A DNA stretch of 64,000 bases from NCBI GenBank assembly GCA_003973265.1, contig QNYZ01000037.1:2220-66219 (forward strand). Reading direction: 5' to 3'. The notes under the pieces were generated by a model. The model had not been told where the DNA came from. It did no database searches and saw nothing but the letters and a program-made list of their open reading frames with translations. This document shows, one piece after another, positions 51,342-60,623 of this stretch (positions within the stretch are counted from its first letter, which is position 1; each line of letters opens with the position of its first letter). The position numbers and the translations under genes are program-made. Source of the stretch: Deltaproteobacteria bacterium (GTDB lineage: Bacteria > Desulfobacterota > Desulfobacteria > Desulfobacterales > QNYZ01).

Positions 51342-53480
51342 ATGCGTAAGGAAATTTTCGGTATACTGTTTTTTCTGCTCCTTATTTTTACTCTGGTGAG
51401 CCTGGTGTCGTATAGTCCCCACGATCCTTCGCCCCACCATGTGGTCAGCCTGGGGCATCCGGTTCATAACCTGTTCGGTGTTGTTGGTGCGTATCTGGCC
51501 GGCCTTCTCATCGGGTTGTTCGGGCTGGGCGCTTTCTGGATCCCGGTATTGCTGCTTCTGGTCAGTATCCATATGTTAAGCGGGCGAACCAGCCGGGATA
51601 TCGGGGTGACCGTGGCCGGCGGGTTGGTTTTAATGATTGCCACGGGAGCGTTGCTGGCGCTTAAGGGCAACCACCTGTCCCTTTTTTCCAGCCGGTACTC
51701 TACCGGCGGTATTGTCGGTATACCCCTTAAAATTTTTCTGCTGAAGTATTCTAACTTTGCCGGTGCGCTCATTGTCCTGCTGGTTTTATGGGTGATCGGT
51801 CTGATCATGACGACCCGTCTTTCCCTGATTGATATCTCAAAAAAATTTTGGCAGTTAAGCCTGGAGATGAAAGCGAAAAGCGTCAAGCTGGCTGAACGGC
51901 GGAAAAAAGTCAAAAAGCAATCGGCAGCGAGGAAAAAAGCGGCCCGTAAACCGAAACAAAAAGTTCGAATTCAGGCCCCCAAACCGCCTCCGGTAAAAAA
52001 GCCCCCGGTTCCCAAGCAGCAGGTCTTCGATTTTATGAAAAGCGGGGAGGGGTTTCAGCTGCCGCCGGTAAATTTTCTCGATGACCCGCCACCGGCCAAT
52101 TCGCATGCCAACGAAGAAAATCTGCAGGTTCAATCCCAGCTCCTGGAAAAAAAGCTGAACGATTTCGGTGTCGGCGGGCGGGTCAGCACGGTCATGCCCG
52201 GACCGGTGATTACCACCTTCGAATACAAACCGGCGGCGGGCGTGAAAATCAGCAAGATTGTCAATCTGGCCGATGATCTGTCCCTGGCATTACGGGCGAT
52301 GAGTATTCGTATCGTGGGGCCGATTCCGGGCAAGGCCGCCATCGGCATCGAGGTGGCCAATTCCACGCGGGATATGGTTCATTTCAAGGATATTGTCACT
52401 TCCAGCGCGTTTGGAAAGTCGAAGTCCCCTTTAACGATCTGCATGGGAAAAGATATAGTTGGGGCGCCGGTCGTCACCCAGCTGGATAAAATGCCCCACC
52501 TGCTGATTGCCGGTGCCACCGGAACGGGCAAGAGCGTGGGCCTGAATTCGATGATCTGCAGTCTTTTATACAAATCGAACCCGGATGAAGTGAAGCTGAT
52601 TCTGATCGATCCCAAACGGATCGAACTGACACCGTATAACCACATTCCCCATTTGATTACGCCCGTGGTGACCAGCGCCAAAAAGGCCACCAATGCCTTA
52701 TTCTGGGCGGTAAATGAAATGGAAAACCGCTATAAGCTGCTCTCCGAACAAAATGTGCGCAATATCATTCAATATAATAATAAAATCGAGAAGCTCGAAC
52801 CGAAAGACGGAGATCCGGTTAAAAAATTACCGTATGTCGTTATCATTATCGACGAGCTGGCGGATCTGATGATGGTGGCCTCCCGGGATGTGGAGGCCTC
52901 CCTGATGCGTCTGGCCCAGATGGCCCGGGCCGCCGGGATCCATTTGATTCTGGCGACCCAGCGTCCATCGGTGGACGTGTTGACGGGGATCATCAAAGCC
53001 AATTTTCCGACCCGGTTATCCTTCCAGGTGTCGTCCCGGACGGATTCGCGGACGATTATCGATGCCAATGGCGCTGAAAGCCTGCTGGGAAACGGGGACA
53101 TGCTGTTTCTTCCCCCTGGCGTGGCCCGGCTTCAACGGGTCCATGGCGCGTACATTTCCGAGCCGGAGATTGCCCGCATCACCCAGTTTTTGAAAGAGCA
53201 GAAGAAACCCGAATACGACCAGAAAGTCACTGAGGCGCAGTTGAAGGAAACGGATAATCAAACGCCGGAAGAAGAACAGGATGAGCGTTACGATGATGCC
53301 GTCGCCCTGGTGACCCAGACCCGTCAGGCCTCGATTTCCAAAGTACAGCGGCATTTGCGCATTGGCTATAACCGGGCCGCCCGGATTATCGAAATGATGG
53401 AAAGAGAAGGGGTGATCGGCCCGGCGGACGGCGCCAAGCCACGGGAGGTCCTGGTCCGGGGATACGATGATATTCCCTGA
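51342..53480 (+). CDS. ftsK: DNA translocase FtsK
   Basis: N-terminal TM domain, HLLIAGATGTGKS, IDPK, DELAD, ATQRPSVDV, gamma domain IGYNRAAR. Confidence 0.97.
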   Translation: MRKEIFGILFFLLLIFTLVSLVSYSPHDPSPHHVVSLGHPVHNLFGVVGAYLAGLLIGLFGLGAFWIPVLLLLVSIHMLSGRTSRDIGVTVAGGLVLMIATGALLALKGNHLSLFSSRYSTGGIVGIPLKIFLLKYSNFAGALIVLLVLWVIGLIMTTRLSLIDISKKFWQLSLEMKAKSVKLAERRKKVKKQSAARKKAARKPKQKVRIQAPKPPPVKKPPVPKQQVFDFMKSGEGFQLPPVNFLDDPPPANSHANEENLQVQSQLLEKKLNDFGVGGRVSTVMPGPVITTFEYKPAAGVKISKIVNLADDLSLALRAMSIRIVGPIPGKAAIGIEVANSTRDMVHFKDIVTSSAFGKSKSPLTICMGKDIVGAPVVTQLDKMPHLLIAGATGTGKSVGLNSMICSLLYKSNPDEVKLILIDPKRIELTPYNHIPHLITPVVTSAKKATNALFWAVNEMENRYKLLSEQNVRNIIQYNNKIEKLEPKDGDPVKKLPYVVIIIDELADLMMVASRDVEASLMRLAQMARAAGIHLILATQRPSVDVLTGIIKANFPTRLSFQVSSRTDSRTIIDANGAESLLGNGDMLFLPPGVARLQRVHGAYISEPEIARITQFLKEQKKPEYDQKVTEAQLKETDNQTPEEEQDERYDDAVALVTQTRQASISKVQRHLRIGYNRAARIIEMMEREGVIGPADGAKPREVLVRGYDDIP

Positions 53481-53542
53481 TACGATTTGGATTATGGGAA
53501 TTTTCCGGAAAAATGCCGGACAAAAGTCAAGCAGGAGACGTC

Positions 53543-54304
53543 ATGTATCTTATTAAAAATAAGTTGGAAACAGATACCATAGCGCTCGGTACTTTCATCA
53601 GTGAGATAAAAAATCCGAATATTGGATATGTGCTGGCCCAGGCCGGTTTTGATCACATGGTCCTGGACAATGAACATTCGGATTTCAGTGATGCCGAGAT
53701 AACCGTTATGGTGGCCGGTGCCCGGGCTGCCGGCCTGGGTGTCATGGTGCGCATTCCCGAGATCAGCCGCGGGGCGGTGATGAAGCCGCTGGACGCGGGC
53801 GCCGACGCCCTTCTCGTGCCCTGTGTACAGACGTCGGATCAGGTACGCCAGGTGATCGACTGGGCCATGTTCTCCCCATTGGGCCATCGAGGGTGCCATC
53901 CCCTGCGGGCGGCCAACAGGTTCCAGACGATGGATGTGGCTGACTACATGAAGCAGGCCAACCAGGGGGTTATGATTTTCATCCAGATAGAAACGGCCGA
54001 AGCTCTTGAGAACGTAGACGAAATTGCCGCCATAGCGGGTGTGGCCGGGCTGTATATAGGGCCGGTCGATATGTCGATTGCCATGGGTATTCCCGGCAAA
54101 ATTGATGATGAACGTGTGGGCCGGGCCACGCAAAAGGTCGTCGATGCCTGTAAAACACATCAACGGGTGCCCGGCAAGTTTATCTGGGACAGAAAATCGG
54201 CCCATGAAGCCCAGAAAATGGGCGTGCGCCTGCTCTCCTATGCGGCGGATCTCTTCCTGCTCGCCGATGCCGCCGCCCGGGCGGTAAAAGCAGTCAGGGG
54301 CTGA
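53543..54304 (+). CDS. HpcH/HpaI family class II aldolase
   Basis: LDNEHS, VRIP, LDAGA, GHRG, QIET, IGPVD. Confidence 0.9.
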   Translation: MYLIKNKLETDTIALGTFISEIKNPNIGYVLAQAGFDHMVLDNEHSDFSDAEITVMVAGARAAGLGVMVRIPEISRGAVMKPLDAGADALLVPCVQTSDQVRQVIDWAMFSPLGHRGCHPLRAANRFQTMDVADYMKQANQGVMIFIQIETAEALENVDEIAAIAGVAGLYIGPVDMSIAMGIPGKIDDERVGRATQKVVDACKTHQRVPGKFIWDRKSAHEAQKMGVRLLSYAADLFLLADAAARAVKAVRG

Positions 54305-54411
54305 TAACCCTCCAGGCGGCAGGCGTGCGGGTCTGGCCCGAATCCGGGTAAAAATGCCCGGTTTTGCCCCCCTCGTCGATTTCACGCCAAAATGATCATT
54401 CGGGGCGCCAG

Positions 54412-55071
54412 GTGAATATTAACAAAAAAACGATTGACAAAATTCCCGGATTTCTCGATGAGGCCGAAGGGGCCGCTCTTTACACGTATGCGGTGGCGGC
54501 TTCCCCGTTGGGACCCTGTCTTGAGATCGGCAGCTATTGCGGAAAATCAGCCGTATACCTGGGGATGGCGTGTCGAAAAACCGGTAACGTTCTGTTTTCC
54601 ATTGACCATCACCGGGGATCCGAAGAACAGCAACCGGGTGAATTCTATTTTGACCCGTCGTTGTTTAACTGTCAGACGTTCAGCGTGGATACATTTCCCA
54701 ATTTCAGAAAAACACTTGCCATGGCCGGTCTGGAGGATACCGTGGTGCCGATCGTCTGTCGTTCCGAACTGGCCGCAAAATGCTGGGCCACCCCCCTGGG
54801 GCTCGTGTTTATCGATGGCGGACATTCCCTTGCGGCTGCCCGAACCGATTACAGGGGCTGGCATCCCCATATCCTGCCCGGCGGTTACCTGCTGGTTCAT
54901 GATATATTTAAAGATCCTGCCAGGGGAGGCCAGGCGCCTTATGAAATATATCGGTCTGCTCTGGCTTCAGGGCGCTTCACGGAATTGGTCATGGTTGGTA
55001 CGCTGGGGGTATTGCAGCGGGTTGATGATACCGGTCGCAAGAATACCGGATCATGGGATTTAAGGGGATAG
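54412..55071 (+). CDS. Class I SAM-dependent methyltransferase (Methyltransf_24-like)
   Basis: LEIGSYCGKS, IDHHRGSEE, FIDGGH, HD; GTG start inferred. Confidence 0.85.
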   Translation: MNINKKTIDKIPGFLDEAEGAALYTYAVAASPLGPCLEIGSYCGKSAVYLGMACRKTGNVLFSIDHHRGSEEQQPGEFYFDPSLFNCQTFSVDTFPNFRKTLAMAGLEDTVVPIVCRSELAAKCWATPLGLVFIDGGHSLAAARTDYRGWHPHILPGGYLLVHDIFKDPARGGQAPYEIYRSALASGRFTELVMVGTLGVLQRVDDTGRKNTGSWDLRG

Positions 55072-55496
55072 CTTACCGGAGGGGGCACTTCATGACCGGA
55101 GGGCTTGCGCAATGGTCATGTCCATAACAGGAATCCCCGGGGTGCGCTTTTTAAAAACCGTTCCTGCGCGGGCATGGGGTTGGATAAGACCGGTTTAATA
55201 ACCGGGTGCCGGGCTTCGACAACGCCCATGCCATCAAGTCCAGATCGCGAAAGCGGCAGGTGTCAGGCAGATGTCACCTCAAACGAAAATAATTAAGCCG
55301 CTATCTTTGACGATTTTATCATCAAATTCCGGGTCATGTCGGATAATTATGCCGGGATCGAACCGATTCTCCACCTGATTCTGGAAAAATAAATCGGTTG
55401 AAACCACCATTTTTTGATTTCCCGGTTGACCATTTTCTCCGCTTCGTCTATGCGACAGCTTCAACTTGAAGACGATTTAACCGGAAACAGGAGATT

Positions 55497-57776
55497 ATGG
55501 AAACCGAATCCTTTATTTCAAAAATTGCAGCCGAACTGAAAATAACCGCCGGCCAGGTGTCCGCGGTCAGCGCGCTGATCGAAGAAGGCGCCACTATTCC
55601 GTTTATTTCCCGGTACCGCAAGGAAGCCACCGGCAGCCTGGACGAGGTTACCGTCAGCGCCATCCGGGATCGGATGGTTCAGCTGAAAGACCTTTTCGAC
55701 CGTCAGGCCGCTATTCTCAAATCCCTTGAAAAACACGGGCACCTGACCGATGAACTCAAAAAGAAGGTGGTTGAGGCCGAAAACCTGGCGACGCTTGAAG
55801 ATATCTATCTGCCTTACCGGCCCAAACGGCGTACCCGGGCGGTCATGGCCAGGGAAAAAGGGCTTGAACCGCTGGCCCTCCTCCTGCTGGAGCAAAAGGG
55901 TATCGACCCGAACCAGGCCGCCCAGCCCTTTATCGATCCTGAAAAATCCGTTGAATCCGAAGAAGACGCCCTGGCCGGCGCCCGGGATATTATCGCGGAA
56001 ATCGTCAGCGAAAATGATGAGGCCCGGGCCAGACTCCGCAACCTGTTTTTCAATAAGGCGACGGTGAAAAGCCGCGTGATGACCAAAATGGAGGAAAAAG
56101 GGGCCAAGTTCAGAGATTATTTCGACTGGGAGGAGCCCATTGCCGCCATTCCTTCCCACCGGATGCTGGCCATGCGCCGTGGCGAAAAAGAGATGATCCT
56201 GATTATGCGCATCTTGCCGGATGAAGAAACGGCGCTGCGGATACTGGATGATCTCTTTATCATCGGAAGGGGCGATGATTCGGCCCAGGTAAAGCTGGCC
56301 ATTGACGACTGCTATCATCGGTTATTGTCCATCTCCATGGAGACGGAAACCCGGCTGTATGCCAAAAAGCGGGCCGATGCCGAAGCGATCCGCGTGTTTG
56401 CCGATAACCTTCGCCAGCTGCTCCTGTCTCCGCCTCTGGGGGCCAGACGGGTTATGGGGATCGATCCGGGTTTTCGAACCGGCTGTAAGCTGGTCTGCCT
56501 GGATCGGCAGGGAAAGTTGCTCCACAACGATACGATCTTTCCGTTCATGTCTGAAAAAAAAGTTCTGGCAGAAACGGAAAAGGTCAAAAAACTGTGCGAA
56601 CAATTTAAAATCGAAGCCATCGCCGTGGGGAACGGAACCGCCGGCAGGGAAACCGAAGCGTTTTTCCGGGCGATTCCTTTCAGCAAACCGGTACAGGTGA
56701 TCATGGTGAACGAAAGCGGCGCCTCAATCTATTCGGCTTCGAAAGTGGCGCGGGAGGAGTTTCCCGATTATGACCTGACGGTACGGGGAGCGGTTTCCAT
56801 CGGCCGCCGGCTCATGGATCCTCTGGCCGAGCTGGTGAAGATCGATCCGAAATCAATCGGGGTGGGACAGTATCAGCATGATGTGGACCAGAAACTGCTG
56901 AAAGCGGCTCTGGATGATGTCGTGATGAGCTGCGTTAACCACGTGGGGGTTGATCTGAACCGGGCCAGCGCTCAGCTGCTGGCCTATGTATCCGGGTTAA
57001 ACGCCGGGATTGCCAGAAAGATCGTTTTGCACAGAGAGGCCACCGGCCCCTTCAAAAGCCGCCAGGCGCTTCTCGATGTGACACGCCTGGGCCCCAAGGC
57101 CTTTGAGCAATGTGCCGGTTTTTTGAGGATTTCCGATGCGGAAAATCCCCTGGATGCCAGCGCCGTTCATCCGGAAAGCTACCATATCGTTGATGCCATG
57201 GCCAAAGACCTCGGCCTGACCATTTCCGACCTGATGAATCAACCGGATGCCCGCAGCCGTATCGAAGTATCGCGGTATGTGACGGATACGGTCGGCATTC
57301 CCACGCTCAACGATATTATAGAAGAGCTGGCCAAACCCGGCCGTGATCCGAGAGCGCAGTTTGAAGCCTTTTCGTTTGCCGACGGCATTGAAAAAATTCA
57401 GGATCTCCGGGAAGGGATGAGGCTGCCCGGTGTGGTAACCAATATCACCGCGTTCGGGGCGTTTGTCGATATTGGCGTTCATCAAGACGGGCTGGTCCAT
57501 ATCAGTCAGATGGCCGATCGGTTTATTAAAAGTCCGGGTGAGGTGGTCAAGGTTCAGCAGCAGGTCTCGGTAACGGTTCTTGAGGTGGACCTGGGACGAA
57601 ATCGGATTGCCCTGTCCATGAAGCAGTCGGCTGCGGAAAAACGAGATGGCAGGGTGAAAAAGACGCCAACCGGCAAGCCCCGCCCCCGTAAGGCCGGGGA
57701 AAAGAAGCGGGGAAAACAGAAATTGACTGTAACCAATTCAATGGCGGAAGCATTGCTCCGAAGCGGATTTAAATAG
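55497..57776 (+). CDS. tex: Tex transcription accessory protein
   Basis: GATIPFISRYRKEATG, DPGFRTGCK, KSIGVGQYQHD, HPESY, C-terminal S1 domain. Confidence 0.97.
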   Translation: METESFISKIAAELKITAGQVSAVSALIEEGATIPFISRYRKEATGSLDEVTVSAIRDRMVQLKDLFDRQAAILKSLEKHGHLTDELKKKVVEAENLATLEDIYLPYRPKRRTRAVMAREKGLEPLALLLLEQKGIDPNQAAQPFIDPEKSVESEEDALAGARDIIAEIVSENDEARARLRNLFFNKATVKSRVMTKMEEKGAKFRDYFDWEEPIAAIPSHRMLAMRRGEKEMILIMRILPDEETALRILDDLFIIGRGDDSAQVKLAIDDCYHRLLSISMETETRLYAKKRADAEAIRVFADNLRQLLLSPPLGARRVMGIDPGFRTGCKLVCLDRQGKLLHNDTIFPFMSEKKVLAETEKVKKLCEQFKIEAIAVGNGTAGRETEAFFRAIPFSKPVQVIMVNESGASIYSASKVAREEFPDYDLTVRGAVSIGRRLMDPLAELVKIDPKSIGVGQYQHDVDQKLLKAALDDVVMSCVNHVGVDLNRASAQLLAYVSGLNAGIARKIVLHREATGPFKSRQALLDVTRLGPKAFEQCAGFLRISDAENPLDASAVHPESYHIVDAMAKDLGLTISDLMNQPDARSRIEVSRYVTDTVGIPTLNDIIEELAKPGRDPRAQFEAFSFADGIEKIQDLREGMRLPGVVTNITAFGAFVDIGVHQDGLVHISQMADRFIKSPGEVVKVQQQVSVTVLEVDLGRNRIALSMKQSAAEKRDGRVKKTPTGKPRPRKAGEKKRGKQKLTVTNSMAEALLRSGFK

Positions 57777-57956
57777 GGGACCGACACGGGCGGGAAATGA
57801 TGCGGGCCTGGATTCGGGTGAAAGGTGAGGGACGATTCTCACCTGGTTGCCGGAAGGCCCGCCGGCCATGTCGATTGGTGTGAATCGGTGATATGGATTG
57901 AAAGGTTACCGGAATCCGGGGCGCTGAAAAGCGGTCACGAATTCCGGGGGTTCAAT

Positions 57957-58397
57957 TTATTTCAGTGCGCCGGCCAGCACTTTCATGACCGTCTCGCCGC
58001 CGTTTCCCTTAACGTAGTCGAGCACCATCGGTATCACCTGGCCAACCATGCCGGCGTCCAGGCCGAGCTTGTCAAATGATCCTGCCAGACCCGCGGCTGA
58101 CCCTAACGCTTTGCCCGCCATGCTGGCCAGACCGCCGGATTTTCCTGTTTCCGGTGCCGCGCTCAGTAATGTGTCCATTTCCGGGACTGCTTTGGCCACC
58201 GTTGTGAACTCGTCGCCGCTCAGTTTGGATTTGGCAAGGTTGAACACCGCGCCGGCCGCACCGGCCGCCTGGGTGTCGTTAATGCCCAGGCCGCTGGTCA
58301 GCATGGATACCAGTCCATCTGCCGCAAGGGCCGGGCTGGTTATCATAAATCCCAATACGATCAGTACGGCCATCATTGTCGTGCTTTTTTTTACCAT
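57957..58397 (-). CDS. Exported DUF2780-like protein
   Basis: Signal peptide ending ALA; QAAGAAGAVF, FDKLGLDAGMV pattern; GAGGAG SD. Confidence 0.75.
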   Translation of the reverse strand: MVKKSTTMMAVLIVLGFMITSPALAADGLVSMLTSGLGINDTQAAGAAGAVFNLAKSKLSGDEFTTVAKAVPEMDTLLSAAPETGKSGGLASMAGKALGSAAGLAGSFDKLGLDAGMVGQVIPMVLDYVKGNGGETVMKVLAGALK

Positions 58398-58529
58398 GTT
58401 GTCATCTCCTCGTTGTTGTGTTTCGTCTATTATTTCTATTCAAAACAGATCCGGTCAAGCTATTTTATAAAGTGATCGATAGATATCAGTATCTTTGCCT
58501 CAGGTCAAACAATGTGAATTTTTCAGGTA

Positions 58530-58545
58530 TGGCCATGGCGTTGCA
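58530..58545 (+). promoter_or_regulatory. Possible sigma54 -24/-12 promoter for the amidohydrolase
   Basis: TGGC-CATGGCG-TTGCA with GG-N10-GC spacing, ~140 nt upstream of ATG 58686. Confidence 0.4.
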
Positions 58546-58685
58546 TCCTTTTCCACAAGCGTCTATATAAGATCCATAAGGCGGGTTCCATCGGAAAAAG
58601 GATGGCCCTGGCTGGAATAAATCTGAACACCTGCCGGTTTTGTCTGCACGGGCGATTTGTCAACGGAAATGTAAAGGGCCGACTC

Positions 58686-60269
58686 ATGCGAATTTATCAT
58701 GGAAAAATCATTACCTTGGATGCGGATAACCGAATTTTCAACTATCTTGTGGAAGACCAGGGACGGATTGTCCATGTCGGCGATTTACTTCCCCGTGAAT
58801 ATCAACACAATCATTCAACAGTAGAGTTGGGGAGCCGTGTGCTGCTGCCGTCTTTTGGAGATGGGCATATGCACTTTTCAAACTGGGCCCTGATCGCCGT
58901 ATCATCTTTTGATGTGAGAAAAGCCAAAACCATTCGTCAAATCCAGGATATTGTACGGCAATTCATGGCGCGAAATAAAAAGGCCAAGGCGATTATCGCT
59001 TTTGGCGCATCCAAACACAGTGTCATGGAAAAACGGCTGATCGTCCGGGAGGAACTGGATGAAGTCTGCCCGGATATCCCGCTGATTCTCATCTGCTACG
59101 ACGGGCATTCGGCCATCTGCAATACCCGGCTGATGGAAAAATTTCCCGATAAGGTCAAACAGATGGCCGGATTTCAGGCAGACACCGGCCAGCTGTTTCG
59201 GGAGGCGTATTTTGCCGGGACGGATTACGCCTCATCCCTGGTGCCCCCGTTGGAACTGGTTAGAAGTATTATCAAGGGGTTTGATCTGCTGGCAGAAAAA
59301 GGGATCGGGTTGATTCATGCAACAGAGGGCATCGGGTTCCCCCGAGACCTGGACGTGACTCTGGTCAGCCTGATCGCCAGAGCACAAACCCGGCGAAACC
59401 GGTTCCAGACGCGGCTGTTTTTTCAGACGCTGGACGTCGACAAAGCGCTGAAACGCAATCTTCCACGGATCGGCGGATGTTTTGCAACGGCAATTGACGG
59501 GTGTTTTGGTGCCTGTGATGCGGCCCTGCACGAACCTTACCAGGATAATCCCGGTAACCGGGGGCATTTTTTTCAAGGTGAAGCCGACCTTATCGCGTTT
59601 GTAAAAAAGGCCAACCGGGCCGGGTTGCAGGTTGAAATGCATGCCATCGGGGATGCGGCGGTCTCCCGGGCGGTAAAGGCGATTGAATCGGCCCTGGTGG
59701 ATTTTCCCCGGAAAGACCATCGCCATACGATTATTCATGCGTGTCTGATTCGACCCGCAGAATTAAAAAAAATAGCTGAATTGGGTATTGGGATTACCCT
59801 TCAGCCCGGTTTTTTAATCAGTCCCCTGGAACCGGCGGAATACTTACACGACATCCTCGGGTCCCGGGTGAACAGCAGCTCGCCCTTGCGGTCGATCATC
59901 GATGCCGGCATCCATCTCAGCGGCGGGTCCGATGCGCCCGTGATTGACCCGGACCCCATTGAAGGGATCTATGGTGCCTGTAATCATCCGTATGACCCGG
60001 ATCAGTCTGTTTCGATTACGGAAGCCTTAAAAATGTTTACCTGTGAAGTGGCCTGGACAACCTTTGATGAAAGAGAACGGGGCAGCCTGGAAAAAGGAAA
60101 AATTGCGGACATGGTCATTTTGAATCAGGACCCGCTGCGACTCGACCCCGGGGAGCTGCGGTCGCTGCAGGTGGAAAAATTATTTCTGCATGGAAAAGCG
60201 TACCAGCCCGGCATGGGGCTGACGGGGATGCTGTGGCATGCATACGCCGGGAGAAAAGAGAAAGTCTGA
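58686..60269 (+). CDS. Amidohydrolase_3 family metallo-amidohydrolase (YtcJ/NfdA-like)
   Basis: DGHMH, DGH, HAIGD, IIHA, GSDAP, RGSLEKGKIAD. Confidence 0.9.
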   Translation: MRIYHGKIITLDADNRIFNYLVEDQGRIVHVGDLLPREYQHNHSTVELGSRVLLPSFGDGHMHFSNWALIAVSSFDVRKAKTIRQIQDIVRQFMARNKKAKAIIAFGASKHSVMEKRLIVREELDEVCPDIPLILICYDGHSAICNTRLMEKFPDKVKQMAGFQADTGQLFREAYFAGTDYASSLVPPLELVRSIIKGFDLLAEKGIGLIHATEGIGFPRDLDVTLVSLIARAQTRRNRFQTRLFFQTLDVDKALKRNLPRIGGCFATAIDGCFGACDAALHEPYQDNPGNRGHFFQGEADLIAFVKKANRAGLQVEMHAIGDAAVSRAVKAIESALVDFPRKDHRHTIIHACLIRPAELKKIAELGIGITLQPGFLISPLEPAEYLHDILGSRVNSSSPLRSIIDAGIHLSGGSDAPVIDPDPIEGIYGACNHPYDPDQSVSITEALKMFTCEVAWTTFDERERGSLEKGKIADMVILNQDPLRLDPGELRSLQVEKLFLHGKAYQPGMGLTGMLWHAYAGRKEKV

Positions 60270-60623
60270 TGATCTTAAAACAAACATAAACGAACATATA
60301 TATGGTGGTGTATCTGGTTTTCCACTATTGGGTGAAATATTATGATTGGTGCAAAATATTCATATTTATTTTTATAAAACAGCTCATTATAGTCAATAAT
60401 ATCTATGCGGCGGATTCCATGAATGCGAAATCCGGTCTGTTCGGTATTGGTTCTAAAATAAACACTTGACAAAAATTTCACACATATTGTAAACGCAGGA
60501 AGAAAATCAGGTCCCGTTCAGAGAGATTCAATACGTTGTTTCCTGCGGTTGAACGTTGGCCGGGTATAGGCGTGAATTTTATCGTATCAGGCGTATGACA
60601 TATATGAACAGGAGAACCAGAAA

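Noticed and set aside
53492-54385. 297-aa minus-strand ORF
   Set aside because: Antisense to the HpcH aldolase, which has clear motifs.
60490-60623. Glycine riboswitch before the GcvT-family gene
   Set aside because: Conserved GGAGA...CCGAAG...CTYTCAGG elements are not present in order.
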